Origin: Malacoraja senta
Lineage: Eukaryota
Assembly (NCBI GenBank): GCA_038087875.1
Contig: JAXLNO010000065.1
Span: 186,001 to 250,000 of the forward strand
Direction of reading: 5' to 3'
DNA: 64,000 nucleotides
In this document: piece by piece, positions 47,845-59,881 of the stretch
How the letters are laid out: each line of letters opens with the position of its first letter
Numbering within the stretch: position 1 is the stretch's first letter
Notes under the pieces: generated by a model
Told to the model about the DNA's origin: nothing
The model's database searches: none
Seen by the model: the letters and a program-made list of their open reading frames with translations, nothing else
Translations under genes and position numbers: made by a program

Positions 47845-48556
47845 CAGTTGGAGGAACTCAGTGGGTCGGGTAGCACCCATGGTGGGACAGGGATAGTTGA
47901 CATCTTGGGTCATGAGCTTTCATCCAGACTGATGGAGTAGAGAGGATACAGCTGGAAGAAAGAGGTGAGGGAAAGGGGTGGACCAGAGTTGGCAAGTGAT
48001 AGGTCAACTGTGGGATGGAAGGGTGGAGACAGTAACCATGGCTGGAGGTGATGTGTAAAAGTCAAAAGGTGGAATCGGAAAAGCAGAGGAAGGTGAGGAA
48101 TGAAATGTAGAACCAGAGCGAGGCAAGGTGGGTGGAAGAGAATGAGGGATTGCGGAAGGAGGATGGAACATACGCAGTAGGAAGGGGTGAGAGATGAGCA
48201 GATGGAGGAGATGGAAGAGGGGAAAGGAACTGGGTGACGGGGATTGGGGAGTGAAAAGCAAACTGTGCAGGGTTGGGAGTGGGGGTGGAACTTGGTAGAT
48301 GAGAAGGAAGGAGTTATCAATGAAATTGGAGAACTCAATGTTCATGCCATTGGGTTGTGACCTGTGCAAGCGGAGTATGAGGTGCTGTTCCTCCAATTTG
48401 CACGTGGCTTCACCCTGGAAGTGGAGGTGGCCCAGGACAGATGTGTCGGAATGGGAAGGGGAGTTAACTTGGTTAGCAACCGGGAGCTCCAGGAAGAGTG
48501 AGCGCATGTGTTAGCGGAACGATCGCCGAGTTTGCGCTTGGTGTCACAGATGTAGA
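47845..48556 (-). mobile_element. Penelope-like fragment (GIY-YIG C-terminus plus pLTR)
   Basis: Minus ORF 48004-48507 ..LPVAN..NSPSHS..SVLG.LH..EAT.KLEEQHLILRL..QPNGMNIEFS. Confidence 0.8.
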
Positions 48557-48934
48557 GGTGCTTCGAATGGAGGGAACAAGGTTGGTCAGCACCTCATCAA
48601 CCTCCTCATTCCGGTTAGTGTTCCTGAAGTCGTTCTCTGTGAGCGGCAGAGCCTGAAGCTGTGTCAACATCAGGTTCCATCCCATTACAGACTCCAGTCC
48701 TGCTTGTGCTCTCTTTTAATTGAAGTATCCACTCATTTAGGGTCCGCTGATTATTGTTGGATAGTTCTAACAATCTCCCAGTAAAAATGTGGCGCTCGTC
48801 TCATCGATCTCTCGCGGCTCTGGAAAGCAGAATGGAGTGCTGCACTGCCCCGTCAACATAGATTAGTGGACTGTACTGGGATCAGTACTTCATGCTCCCT
48901 AGCTTGTCACCTACACACACAGACGACTCACTCT

Positions 48935-49146
48935 TTTACACACACTCTCACACACTTTCTCACATATATATATATATATGTATATATATACACACTCACA
49001 CTCTCAATCTCCCTCTCCCACTCCCTCTCCCACTCCCTCTCTCACTCCCTCTCTCACTCCCTCTCTCACTCCCTCTCCCATTCTCTCTCTCTCTCCCTCT
49101 CCCATTCTCACTCCCTCTCCCATTCTCTCTCTCTCTCCCTCTCTCT
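48935..49146. repeat. (CA)n, (TA)n and 12-bp CT-rich (CACTCCCTCTCT) simple repeats
   Basis: Directly visible. Confidence 0.9.
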
Positions 49147-49267
49147 GCTTGCTGTAACTGCTAAGTAACTGCTTGCTGCCCGAGGGCAAACAATTGCACA
49201 TGAGCACCACCAGTGACAACACAACACCACGTCACAGGCACCATCCAATGCGCACCATTCAACGTGA

Positions 49268-49553
49268 CGCAGCTGGTAGAGGTGCTGCCTTCCTGCATCA
49301 GAGACCCAGGTTCGATCCTGACCTCTGGCGCTGTCTGTGTGGAGTTTGCACTTTCTCCCAATGATCACATGGGTTTCCTCAAGATGCTTCGGTTGCCACC
49401 CACCTCCCAAATTCGTGCAGGTTTGTAGGTTAATCAGTCTCTGTAAATTGTGGATGCGAAAGTGAGATAACATAGAACTAGTGTGAACGGTTGATCAATG
49501 GTTGGTGCGGAATGGTGGGCCGACGGGCCTGTTTCCATGCTGTATCTTTCAAT
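49268..49553 (+). mobile_element. V-domain tRNA-derived SINE (HE1-like)
   Basis: B box ggttcgatcc, V core ggagtttgcac.., tail gggcctgtttcc. Confidence 0.85.
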
Positions 49554-50226
49554 CAATGCACACCATCGCTTGCCATTCAATGTCAAGAACCCAAACTTCT
49601 CAATGGGAAAGTAATTAATTATCCATTCTTAACCAGAGTTTTCCTGAATTCAAGGCTAAGAGTAATATCCATTGGTGAATTTAATCCCAGCAAAATCACA
49701 ATCAATCCTGATTTATTGTGACTTTGCCGATTCTAAATTAGAAACAAATCCTATTGCAGTGCGAGCAGGTTTTGTCAAAGTTCGTCCCTATTTGCGTGAT
49801 TAAGATTCCATTCTCTGCTTCACAGAACAATAGAGCAGTCAGTGGGAAGGGTTAACACCTCTGCACTTATTGGTGCTGACGGCATTTCAAGCTGCTGAAT
49901 GTGAATTTGATATTACAATAAATTAATTATTTTACGCTGCTTTTAGACTTTTAAAAACTTGCACCAAGTCTATTAAGGGGATCCAAAATTGATTAGAACA
50001 TTTAAAACCATAACTAACATCCTTAATCACATCAATAGTTCTTTCTTCTCCAACAAAGGCTCCCAGTGAATGGAGCCAATCCAAAAATCAACTCTCAGGC
50101 ATGCATTAGCCAAACTAAATTGTGTTTAAATTCAAAATCAAATGCAATTGTTGTTGAATGATTGCCTGGTCAATTCTTTGTGTGATCAAACTGTTAGCCC
50201 TTTGTATCTTGTCAGCCTGTAAGACG

Positions 50227-50507
50227 TTAGATTTTAGAGATACAATGTGGAAACAGGCCCTTCGGCCCACCGAGTCAACCACTAACACTATCCTACACAC
50301 TAGGGACAATTTACAATTTTACCAAAGACAATGAACCTACAAACCTGCACGTCTTCGGAGTGTGGGAGGAAACCGCAGCACCCAGAGAATACCCACGTGG
50401 TCACAGGGAGAACGTACAAACTCCATACAGACAGCACCCTTAGTCAGGTTCAAACCTGGGTCTTTGGCGCTGTAAGGCAGCAACTCTACCGCTGCGCCAC
50501 CATGCCA
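50227..50507 (-). mobile_element. V-domain tRNA-derived SINE (HE1-like)
   Basis: Reverse-complement match to the SINE consensus. Confidence 0.85.
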
Positions 50508-52629
50508 CCGTGTCACTTGATTACATAAGATTTTAAACTTAATTATGCAAAGAAATAAGACCAAACAATGCCATTTAATTTGATTTAAACTTGATGAAAC
50601 AAAGGTAATTTCTTACTATAATTGAATTAAAACATTGTTTTTAGAAACCCCATTCGGTTACAACACATAACTAAATGTTGACTTCAGGGCCACATCTTAT
50701 CTTTCATCCCCTGCCTACAGTATTCTGGAATGCCATTAATAAATAGACCACATGCCAAGGTCTGCAATTCAAACTTAAACCTTTAGTCTTTAGTTCAAAA
50801 TTCCTTCATGGACGTGGGTTTTATCCTGCCCAGGTATATCTTACAGAAACATGGAACTGTAAAGTGTTGATGTACCAAAGAAAGACACAAAATGCTGAAC
50901 TAACACCGGGTCAGTTGTCCGTGATGTCTGGATCCCAATGCTCAGCGCTTTGTGTTTCAGAGTTGGCTAATGTTATTGATTTGTAATTAGACTGATTTGT
51001 AATTAGTTGACAAAACCTTAATTTATTAATCCGGAATATCCAGGGGGATGGGATAAGTGTAATATTAAAATGACATGCAAGGTGTCGGGCTGTCTATCAC
51101 AGCATACAGCCCCGATAACCCATTATTTCCTTCAGTTAAATATTGGGAAGGTAGCACTATTGTCATTTGCCTCTCAACTATTATGTTTGTTTACCTCACT
51201 GACTATTTCTAAACCTGCCCCCCCCCCCCCCCAAATTCCTTTGACAGAAATTGAAATGTCCCCAATCTCGTTGTTTTATTAATTGAACATGTAGATGAAC
51301 ATCCTCAAGGAGTTGGAAACTGATTCAGATGGAAACTGATTCAGATGCAATGTTTAAGAGCTTGTTCAAAGAAGGGGCATATTTTAAAGCAGTGACAGAG
51401 ATACTTGCAGGGGAATGTGTGAGGAGGTTATTATTTGTCTTTAGTTTTAGCTTGAACCAGGACATCTGAAGATTCAAAGTTTAATATTGTAATTGTGCTG
51501 ATACTGACTCCAACCAACCACGTATTGAATATCATCCATTCTGGAGGTTTTATTTTTCTGATGCCATTTAAACTTCACTTGGATTTCAATCACTTCAATG
51601 TGAAAGTAATTGGGAATGGGGAGCATTGGAACAAAAATTTGCCCTCGGTACATATTAACTGTAATATAATAATGTATGCATGTTGGTAGGTGCGATCAAA
51701 ACAAAGATATTTTTTATCATTGTTGTGTTATGAATACCACAGAAAATATTATGTACTCTCAAGATCACATTAAATAGAATATTATTGTTTAAATATATAG
51801 TTATTGGACTTTGCATTTCGGAAAAGTCCCAGCTGAGAGGAAGACAGCAAAATACTGAAGATATTAGTGGTGAAATGACTTCAGGACAGTTTGTTAGGAA
51901 AATGAAAGAAATGGTAATAGAATACATATACAGCTAAGTGAGTATAATTTTATGGATGAGAAATTGTGTTCAACCAATTGATGACTTCTTTGACAAAGTA
52001 ACTAGCATGTTAAATAACAAGGAAGCCAATGGATGTAGCAAATTTTGTCATACAAAATTTGGTCCGTGAAGTGCCCCATAAAAGATTACCGCATTAGATA
52101 AGCACCTGTGGACTTGAACGTAATAGATTAAGTCCAGGGTCTCAGATATGGGGCTTTATGTGTGGGCCAGATATATTGTCAGTGCAGAGGGGCTAGGGGC
52201 AAGGCCAAGTGTGCATCCAGAGTCAAGGTCTGGAATAGTACTAGGTGTGCAGTCAAAGCTGGGGAAATGGGAGTGTTCAGCACTGGGAACCTAAGCAGGT
52301 AAGCAGTTATGATCAGGGTAGACTAGGGGGGCAGGTGCAAGGCTGGACTCGGGGTCAGGAATGAGAGAAGGTATGCAACTGGAGTCAGGGTCAGGATTAG
52401 TACCAGGTGTGCAGTGAGACCCAGATTGGTCAACATGGGCCAAGTGCTTGATTATAATCTGATTTCCATACATGAATATACTAAGATCATTCATGTGCTG
52501 CACCTGTTGATCAGAGTCTGGCTCTACTGTGGAATGTAATTCGGAATGTAATTTAGCCTAACCTTATTCATAGCTAATCCAATTTAAAGCATAAATATTG
52601 CATTCGAGTGTAAGTTAAAAGACTCGCTA

Positions 52630-52798
52630 TAGTATGCACCAGATTGCACAATTTCAAGCTGAAAAATGCAAAAGCTCTGTACCAATGGGAGGGGGGACAC
52701 CCCCTCCCACACCCCCCCCCCCTCCGTCGCTACGCTCCCTCGGGCATGGTCTCTCACAATTTCACACTCCCAACTCTCACCCAATGTTGGCAGCCCTG
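52630..52798. mobile_element. Possible hAT-like DNA transposon terminal fragment
   Basis: Ends gttggcagccctg (reverse complement CAGGGCTGCCAAC, hAT-like terminus). The partner TIR was not found. Confidence 0.3.
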
Positions 52799-53296
52799 CA
52801 ACTTGGATTCAGTGGGCCAAAGGATCTGTATCTCTAAACTAAATTATCCTTTAATTATTACTTTCCATAATTAACAAATTCCAATTATGATAGGGCCCTT
52901 ATTCCACAACAAACATTACTCACTTTAATGTACATTTCTTCCACTGAATCTATTGAATTGCAAAACTACTAACGAGAGAAAATATACCTAGCTGGTTCAT
53001 AGACTCAGACAGCATGAAAACAGGCCATTGCCAACCAGTGGGCACCCATCCATACAAATCCCATCCTCCAGTACTTAGACTGAAAGATGGACTATGCCAA
53101 GGCGTTTCAAATGCTCAACAAAACAGTTTAGTTTCGAGATACAGCACGGAAACAGGCCCTTCGGCCCTGCGCCACTGTACCACCCCTAAATCTTACATTG
53201 TGTCAGCGGCTCTACTTCTATCACTCTCTGGGGCAGTTATTTCAGGTACCCATCCCTCCCATGGGTGAAAATATCTCCTTCAGATCCCTATTAAAT

Positions 53297-53630
53297 CGGC
53301 CCATCAAGTCTACTCCGCCATTCAATCATGGCTGATCTATCTTTCCCTCTCAACCCCATTCTCCTGCCTTCTCCCATATCCCCTGACACCCTTACTGATC
53401 AAGAATGTATTGATCACCTTAAAAATATCAATTGACTTGGCCTTCTCAGCCTTCAGTGGCAATGAATTCCACAGATTCACCACCCTCTTACAAAAGAAAT
53501 TCCTCTTCATCTCCTTTCTAAAGGTATGTCCTTTTATTCTAAGGCTACGGCCTCAGGTCCTAGACTCTCCCACTGGTGGAAACATACTATCCACATCCAC
53601 TCTATCCAGTCCTTTGACTGTTCGCTAAGT
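53297..53630 (-). mobile_element. CR1-type LINE 3' fragment
   Basis: Reverse complement of ..gagtctaggacc..aggaatttctttt..agggtggtgaatctgtggaattc.. plus the tail. Confidence 0.8.
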
Positions 53631-54491
53631 ATAAACGGGTCCTCCCTCATCGTTTTGTTATCTGCAAGGTGCTTGTCCCCATAAAGCAAAATTTAGTGGC
53701 CATTATATGATGGAAATGAGCACCGGACTTGTGTATCAATAGAATGGTCTCAGGAGATATTTGAGACTGCAGATGTTGGACTCTGTCAGAGCAAAAATCA
53801 AATAAACCGCTGGAGGAACTCAGCCTTTCGAGCAACATTGTGGAGGGAATGCGATGTCTTTGCATCCCCAGATGCTGCTGGACCTGCTGAGTTCCTCCAG
53901 CAGTTTTTTTATGGAACATTCTCTTTGAGTGGTCATCCATCTGTTTCATTGACATGGCGTAAGAGTAGGCATGGTTCTGGAGCAAATGCTACATTTTATG
54001 TCCAATGAGCAGGAAGCCAACAGTGGCTTCATTTGTACTTCCTTCGAGGTGAGCAATTTGATGTCCGGCAGATTGTAAAGGCGCCACTGACTGCCTTGAG
54101 CTGAGCCGTGGCCCGCAATAGTGGCTGCAATGCTGGAGGAGTGACGAGGGATGGTGTCATGGAAGGGCTGTGACTGCTGGCCCGTTGGCAATGCCCACAT
54201 CCCGTAAGTCAACCAGAACCCAAGTTCTGCTTGCAGGTGTGAGCGCAATTGTGACCAGAATAGCAGGGGCTGTTCAGAAACTCCCATGATTGAAGGAAAT
54301 GTTGGAATAAGGAAAGAATCTTTACCAAAATACTTTGTGGGGATTTTCCGGGAAGAGCATTCAATGGAGTTACAGTCACCCCCGACTTGCGTAATAGGCG
54401 ACAAACATAAACGTGCATTTACGTAAGCAATTATTGAAGCCCACTGCTTTATTTCCAGGTTTCACGTCTCGTGATCAATACCCTCTGTGAT

Positions 54492-55098
54492 AGTGGTGCA
54501 GTGGTAGAGTTGCTGCCTTACAGCGCCAGAGAACCAGGGTCTATCCTGATTCTGGGTGCTGATTGCATGGTGTTTGCACGTTCTCCCTGTGACAGCGTGG
54601 GTTTTCTCCAGGTGCCCCGGTTTCCTTCAACATTCCAAAGTCATGCAGGTTTGTAGGTTAATTGGCTTCTGTGATTTCTCCCTAGTGCATGGAATGCAAA
54701 ACTGGGGATAACACAGAACTGTCTACCTTCGATGTAAAGCAGCATCTGCAATTCTTTCCTGCTAGTATCAGGGTGAGCTTTGTTTAATAAAGAACTGCAG
54801 ATGCTGGAACAATCGAAGGTAGACTAAAAATGCTGGAAAAATTAAGCGGGTGAGGCAGCATCTATGGAGAGAAAGATTAGGCGACGTTTCGGGTCGAGAC
54901 CCTTTAGACAGATGTTGGGGGGGGCGGGAAGGAGAGAGGAAGTAGGCGGAGACTTGTGGGAGAACTGGGAAGGGGGAGGGGCCCTCCCCCGCTGAGTTTC
55001 TCCAGCGTTTTTTTGTTTACCTTCAGGGTGATCTTTGATCGGTGCGGACGGAAGGGCCTGTTTCCACGCTGTGTCACTAAACTAAAGCTGAAACTAAA
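54492..55098 (+). mobile_element. V-domain SINE interrupted by Penelope pLTR pieces
   Basis: Head and V core at 54492-54720, pLTR fragments at 54721-55025, tail resumes at 55025-55098. Confidence 0.75.
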
Positions 55099-55157
55099 TT
55101 AAATGTCTTCTGTGTACACAGTGCTCCCTCTGTAATCAATGGTCTCCAGATAGTGAT

Positions 55158-55349
55158 CTCCGCACACAGCGACCTCCGCACACAGCGACCTCCGCACACA
55201 GCGACCTCCGCACACAGCGACCTCCGCACACAGCGACCTCCGCACACAGCGACCTCCGCACACAGCGACCTCCGCACACAGCGACCTCCGCACACAGCGA
55301 CCTCCGCACACAGCGACCTCCGCACACAGCGACCTCTGCATACAGTGTG
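55158..55349 (+). repeat. 16-bp minisatellite CTCCGCACACAGCGAC, 11 perfect copies plus 1 decayed
   Basis: Units start at 55158 and every 16 bp to 55318. The decayed copy ctctgcatacagtgtg is at 55334. Confidence 0.95.
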
Positions 55350-55831
55350 CTCCCTCTGGAATCAATGACAGTGGTATCTGAGGAAAATAACCTTTGTAAT
55401 CAGCATCCTCTAGACAGTGATGTCTGTAGACAATGTAATGAATGCCCTCAGTGTAGGTACTTATCACGTGGTGATGTGAAGCTGCTTTAGGCTTGTACTG
55501 CACCCTCTCCATCTCAAGCTCTCTCCTTTTCCAAGGCAGAAGGCCGTCCGTGTATCCTCAGCTCAGTCTGTAGCACAAAGGGTTGCAGAGGATTGCTTCC
55601 CACTGCAACACCTTGATGTTTGAAACCAAGGCCACCATGCTGGAGGCAAGGTACATAATTCTGGCAGGCCACACTGTCGCCTGCACTCGACTACATTGCC
55701 AGCACACCAGCTGCCAGCTGCATCCTCGCTGGACACATCCAATGTCCTTCACACATTCCTGTCCCAGCACGGAGCCATTTAGCAGGACAGGGGAGGCATT
55801 CCTGGATGTGCATCCAAATGCATCTACTTCC

Positions 55832-56577
55832 CTGGTTCGATCCTGACTACGTGCTGCCTGTAGGGAGATTGTACGTTCTTCCCTGTGACCGCGTGGGTTT
55901 TCTCCGGGTTCTCCAGTTTCCTCCCGCACTACAAAGATATGCAGTTTTCTAGGATAATTGGCTTCTGTAAATGCTCCACAGCGTGTAGGATAGAGGTAGT
56001 GTACGGGTGGTCGGCATGGACTTGGTGGGCCGAAGGGCTGGTTACCATGCTCTATCTCTAAAAACTAAAGTTAAAACTAAAATTACATCTCCCATTTTGG
56101 GGCCCAGAAATGTATAAGGGAAGAATCTCACCTTTCCTACTCCACAGAAGCGGTTGGCATTGGGATTCTTGTGACATGACCCACCGTTCAAGCTGCCTGT
56201 CAACTATCAGGGGCCTCTCCCAATGCCACCCTGAGTCACATTGAGCAGGGCAGTCATTGGCACATGGGCAGCATGCTGGCACAGCAGTAGAGTTGCTGCC
56301 TTACAGCGCCAGGGACCCGAGTTCGATCCTGACTATGGATGCTGTCTGTACAGAGTTTGTCTGCTTTCAGCGTGAAAGTGTGGCTTTTCTCCAGGTGCTC
56401 CGGTTTCCTCCGTTCTCTAAAGACGTATACGTTTGAAGGTTCGGTAAAAAATTGGCTCGGTAAAAAAAGTTGTTCCTAGTGTGTAGGATAGTGCTAGTGT
56501 AGGGGGATCGCTGGTCGGTGCGGACCCTGGTGGGCCGAAGGGCTGTTTCCATGCTGTATCTCTAAACTAAACTGAAA
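55832..56577 (+). mobile_element. Two V-domain SINE copies (55832-56080, 56277-56577)
   Basis: Both have the B box gttcgatcc, V core and (ctaaa)n tail. Confidence 0.85.
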
Positions 56578-56829
56578 CAAAACCCAACTGGGCAGGAAGC
56601 AGTGGGAGTCACAAGGTGTCCGAAATAAGAAGGGTCCCCACCCGAAACATCACCTATCCATGTTGAACCAGACATGCTGCCCGACCTGCTGAGTTACTCC
56701 AGCACTTTGTGTCCTTTCAGCAGTGGGAGTCTTGCACTGCCTCAGCTTCGTGGGGAGGGTGAAGGAGGGAGGGGGTGTTGTCTCAGGGCTTTGGTCGTCG
56801 TAGTCTAAAGGCGTGCTGTTCTCTTGCAG

Positions 56830-57080
56830 AGTTGAGTATCCGGGGAGCGCAGGAAGACGAGCCTCCAGACCCGCAGCTGCTGCGACTGGACAACATGCTG
56901 CTGGCGGAGGGTGTGGCCGGGCCGGAGAAAGGCTCCGCCTCCTCCTCCACCGCCGCAGCCGCCGCCGCCGCTGCCTCCGGGGGCGCGGCCACCGACAACT
57001 CAGCGGAGCACTCGGACTACCGGGCCAAGCTGACACAGATCCGACAGATCTACCACACCGAGCTCGAGAAGTACGAACAG
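56830..57080 (+). CDS. PBX1: Internal coding exon (exon 3 equivalent, PBC domain) of a PBX TALE-homeodomain transcription factor, most PBX1-like
   Basis: Acceptor ttctcttgcag|AG and donor CAG|gtaaac. The 251 nt, phase 1 to phase 0, encode (E)[34 protein letters not shown]...[43 protein letters not shown], matching vertebrate PBX exon 3 in sequence and both boundaries. PBX family is near certain; PBX1 versus PBX3 is less so. Confidence 0.9.
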
Positions 57081-57120
57081 GTAAACGTGACGTTGCTCCC
57101 CCACATGTCTGTAAAGTCTG

Positions 57121-57535
57121 ACATATGATGAAAGAATGGCTTGTATTCACTGGAATTTAGAAGGATGAGAGAGGATTTTATAGAAACATATAAAATTCTT
57201 AAAGGATTGGACAGGTTAGATGCAGGAAAAATGTTCCCGATGTTGGGGGAGTCCAGAACCAGGCGTCACAGTTTAAGAGTAAGGGGTAGGACATTTAGGA
57301 CTGTGACGAGGAAAAACATTTTCACCCAGAGAGTTGTTGAATGTGGAATTCTCTGCCACAGAAGGCAGTGGAGGCCAATTCATTAGATGTTTTCAAGAGA
57401 GAGTTAAATTTAGCTCTTAGGGCTAAAGGAATCAAGGGATATGGGGAAAAGGCAGGAACGGGGTACTAAATTTAGATGATCAGCCATGGCTGGCTCGAAG
57501 GGCCGAATGGCCTATTCCTGCACCAAATTTTTCTT
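57121..57535 (+). mobile_element. CR1-type LINE 3' fragment 40 bp downstream of the exon
   Basis: ORF 57141-57386 YSLEFRRMREDFIETYKILKGLDRLDAGKMFPMLGESRTR.HSLRVRG..FTQRVV. Confidence 0.9.
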
Positions 57536-57802
57536 TCTGTGTATAAAGACTTTGACACTAGAGCGTTGTCCCAGAGTAGGGTACGGAATTAGCCGGTCCC
57601 GGTTAAGGCAGAACTCAGTGCCCGTGGAGTGTGGGATAGAGTGCAGTTAAAGGGGCCAATATCACCCGGTAGTGTCCATACAATGAAGGAAGAACTGGTG
57701 ACGAACATAGGCGTCCTAATGCTCGAAAGGCATAGATAGGGTAGACAGTCATTCCCTATTTCCTAAGGTAGACGAGTCAACAACTAGAGGGCATATAGCA
57801 TT

Positions 57803-58038
57803 GCCTGTTATCAGGCAACTGGATCACCCTACCACAACCAGAGAGCAGTGCTGAACTACTATCTACCTCATTGACCCTCGGACTTTCCTTGATCGGACTT
57901 GGCTTGCTTTATCTCGCACTAAACGTTATTCCCTTATCATATATCTACGCACTGCAAATAACTTGAGTGTAATCATGTAGAACACAACAAAAGCTTCTCA
58001 CTGTACCTCGGTACACGTGACAATAAACTAAACTAAAC
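57803..58038 (+). mobile_element. Rex1/Babar-type 3' UTR fragment
   Basis: Ends tctcactgtacctcggtacacgtgacaataaactaaactaaac. Confidence 0.7.
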
Positions 58039-58118
58039 TTTAAGGTGAGTAGGGCAAAGTTTGAATAAGATAGAAGATAGAACAGTACAGCACAGGAGCG
58101 GGCCCTTTGTCCCATAGT

Positions 58119-58531
58119 GGGCAGCACAGTGGCAAGACGGTAGAGTTGCTGCCTTACCGTCTTAAGATGCCAGAGACCTGCGTTTGATCCTGACTACGGG
58201 TGCTGTCTGTATGGAGATTGTACGTTCTTCCTGTGATTGTGTGGGTTTTCACCAGGTGCTCCGTTTTCCTCCCACATCCCAAAGACGTGCAGGTTTGTAG
58301 GTTAATTTGCACCTGTAAATTGCCCTTAATGTGTAGGATGGAACTAGTGTATGGGCGATTGCTGGTTGGTGTGGACAGGGTGGGCTGAATGCCGTGCTTC
58401 CACACTGTATCTCGAAACTTAACTGAGCAATATTAAGAATGTACAGACTCTGTACAGACGATGCCCGTAGTCAGGATTGAACCCGGGTCTCGAGTTGTAA
58501 GGCAGCTACTCTTCCACTGCACCACCGTGCC
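58119..58531. mobile_element. V-domain SINE (+, 58119-58422) followed by an inverted SINE head (-, 58440-58531)
   Basis: Consensus match on + followed by the reverse-complement head (caggattgaacccgggtctc..gtaaggcagc). Confidence 0.8.
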
Positions 58532-58634
58532 TCCCTCTGCCATGATTGTTCAAAGTCACTAGTGTATACACCACTCCAAACCTCTGGAGCTTTACACCTG
58601 CCCTTCACATCTATTGAAATCAGGCACATTTGCT

Positions 58635-58900
58635 GCTCATTCCAGTGAGGAGAGGGAGAATGGGAGTGTCACCTCACTCGCGGGTGGTGGAGGGAAGGGA
58701 ATAAGGAGGGATGTTGAGTATCAGCCCTCACTCTGGGGGAAGGGAGTTACAATGAGAGTCTATGCCTTACTCCGAGCTTCGGGGAGGGGGTAAGGAGGAA
58801 CCATGAGAGTCTCCCCCCCCCTTACTCCAGTGGAGGGAGTGCTAATAGAGTCTCGTCTCACCCAGGGGAAGAGGATAATGAGATTTTATCCCTCACTCCA
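58635..58900 (+). repeat. Degenerate G-rich minisatellite (~40-bp units)
   Basis: Recurrent ct(c/t)actc..ggggaag..atgagagt motifs. Confidence 0.55.
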
Positions 58901-59198
58901 GCGATCACCCCGTACACCAGCACTATCCTACACACTAGGGACAATTTACAAATTTTCCTCGCCAATTAACCTACAAAATGAACCTTGGCCAATTTTGCTG
59001 CAAGACAGTAACTCTAACGCTGCACCACTGTGCCACCGCAGTCTCTAGGACGTGGAGCAAAACCGGAGCTCTCACAGGGGAAACTCAATTGCTTTCAGGG
59101 AGAACAGGGAAACTCCACACAGTCAACACCGGAGATCAGGATCGAACCGGGGAGCTGGTAACTGTGAGGCAGCAGCAGCACTAACTGCTGCTCCACCA
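58899..59198 (-). mobile_element. Rearranged V-domain SINE fragments
   Basis: Reverse-complement tail-side segment (gcgatcaccccgtacacc..ccaattaacctacaaa) and head (caggatcgaacc). Confidence 0.65.
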
Positions 59199-59881
59199 TT
59201 CAACACTGTTGGTTTTTGCAATGAAGCTTTTGCTAATTTCTTAATTCCTTTTTTAACCCTTTTCTGTAGAATTTATAGCATAAAATGAGAAAATTCACCA
59301 ATGGACTTGTGCCTGGATTTGTACTTCATGCCTCCCTGCCTCCTCACTGAACTGTATCAGCCCGACCCCCTATTCCATTCCCCCAGGTGTGCTCAGATTC
59401 CCTCAGAACCGCCCATGCCATCCAGCTGTCCCACGTGGGGGCAAGTTCCACATGCCCACCACTCCCTGCAGGAAAACGTTACTTCTGAACATTGGACCAT
59501 TTTGCCGCCATATCTACCAGATCTAAGTAGAAAAACCATTCCAGGAGTAGGCAGCAGATTGCTCATAAGAAGTCAGTGCCATCTCCTTGAGCCAAGTTAG
59601 CTCCTGAGCTCTGATCTTAATCCTCTCCTCATTGATAAAGTTCTCCATGAGATGACTGCTCAGTCTATGAGAGGACAGATTCCAGCCTTGTGCAGTCCTT
59701 CATTTTCCTAGTTGGGGGTCTTGTTCCAGGGAAGCCTCCTTCCATCTACAGCCATGTTTCTGTATCTCTTGCTATGTTTCTACCGCTGGCTTATTTCGTT
59801 TGGTAAGAGACAGCCAGCATAGGCTCGGAGTCTTTAATGTTTGTGTCGCATCCACTGACTGATATTTTGTTGGAGTCATTA

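Noticed and set aside
52140..52440. Degenerate agtcagggtcagga..ccaggtgtgca repeats (similar weak repeats at 2610-3010)
   Set aside because: Probably old minisatellites, but too decayed to define a unit confidently.
56775..57128. 117-aa ORF as a stand-alone gene or processed pseudogene
   Set aside because: PBX similarity starts and stops exactly at canonical AG/GT sites with the expected phases, so it is a spliced internal exon.
56650..57150. 166-aa minus-strand Arg/Pro-rich ORF and other overlapping ORFs
   Set aside because: Shadow frames of the GC-rich PBX exon; their ends run into TE sequence.
57554..57676. Possible small TIR element (gacacta...tagtgtc)
   Set aside because: Only a 7-bp inverted match, with no TSD and no second copy.
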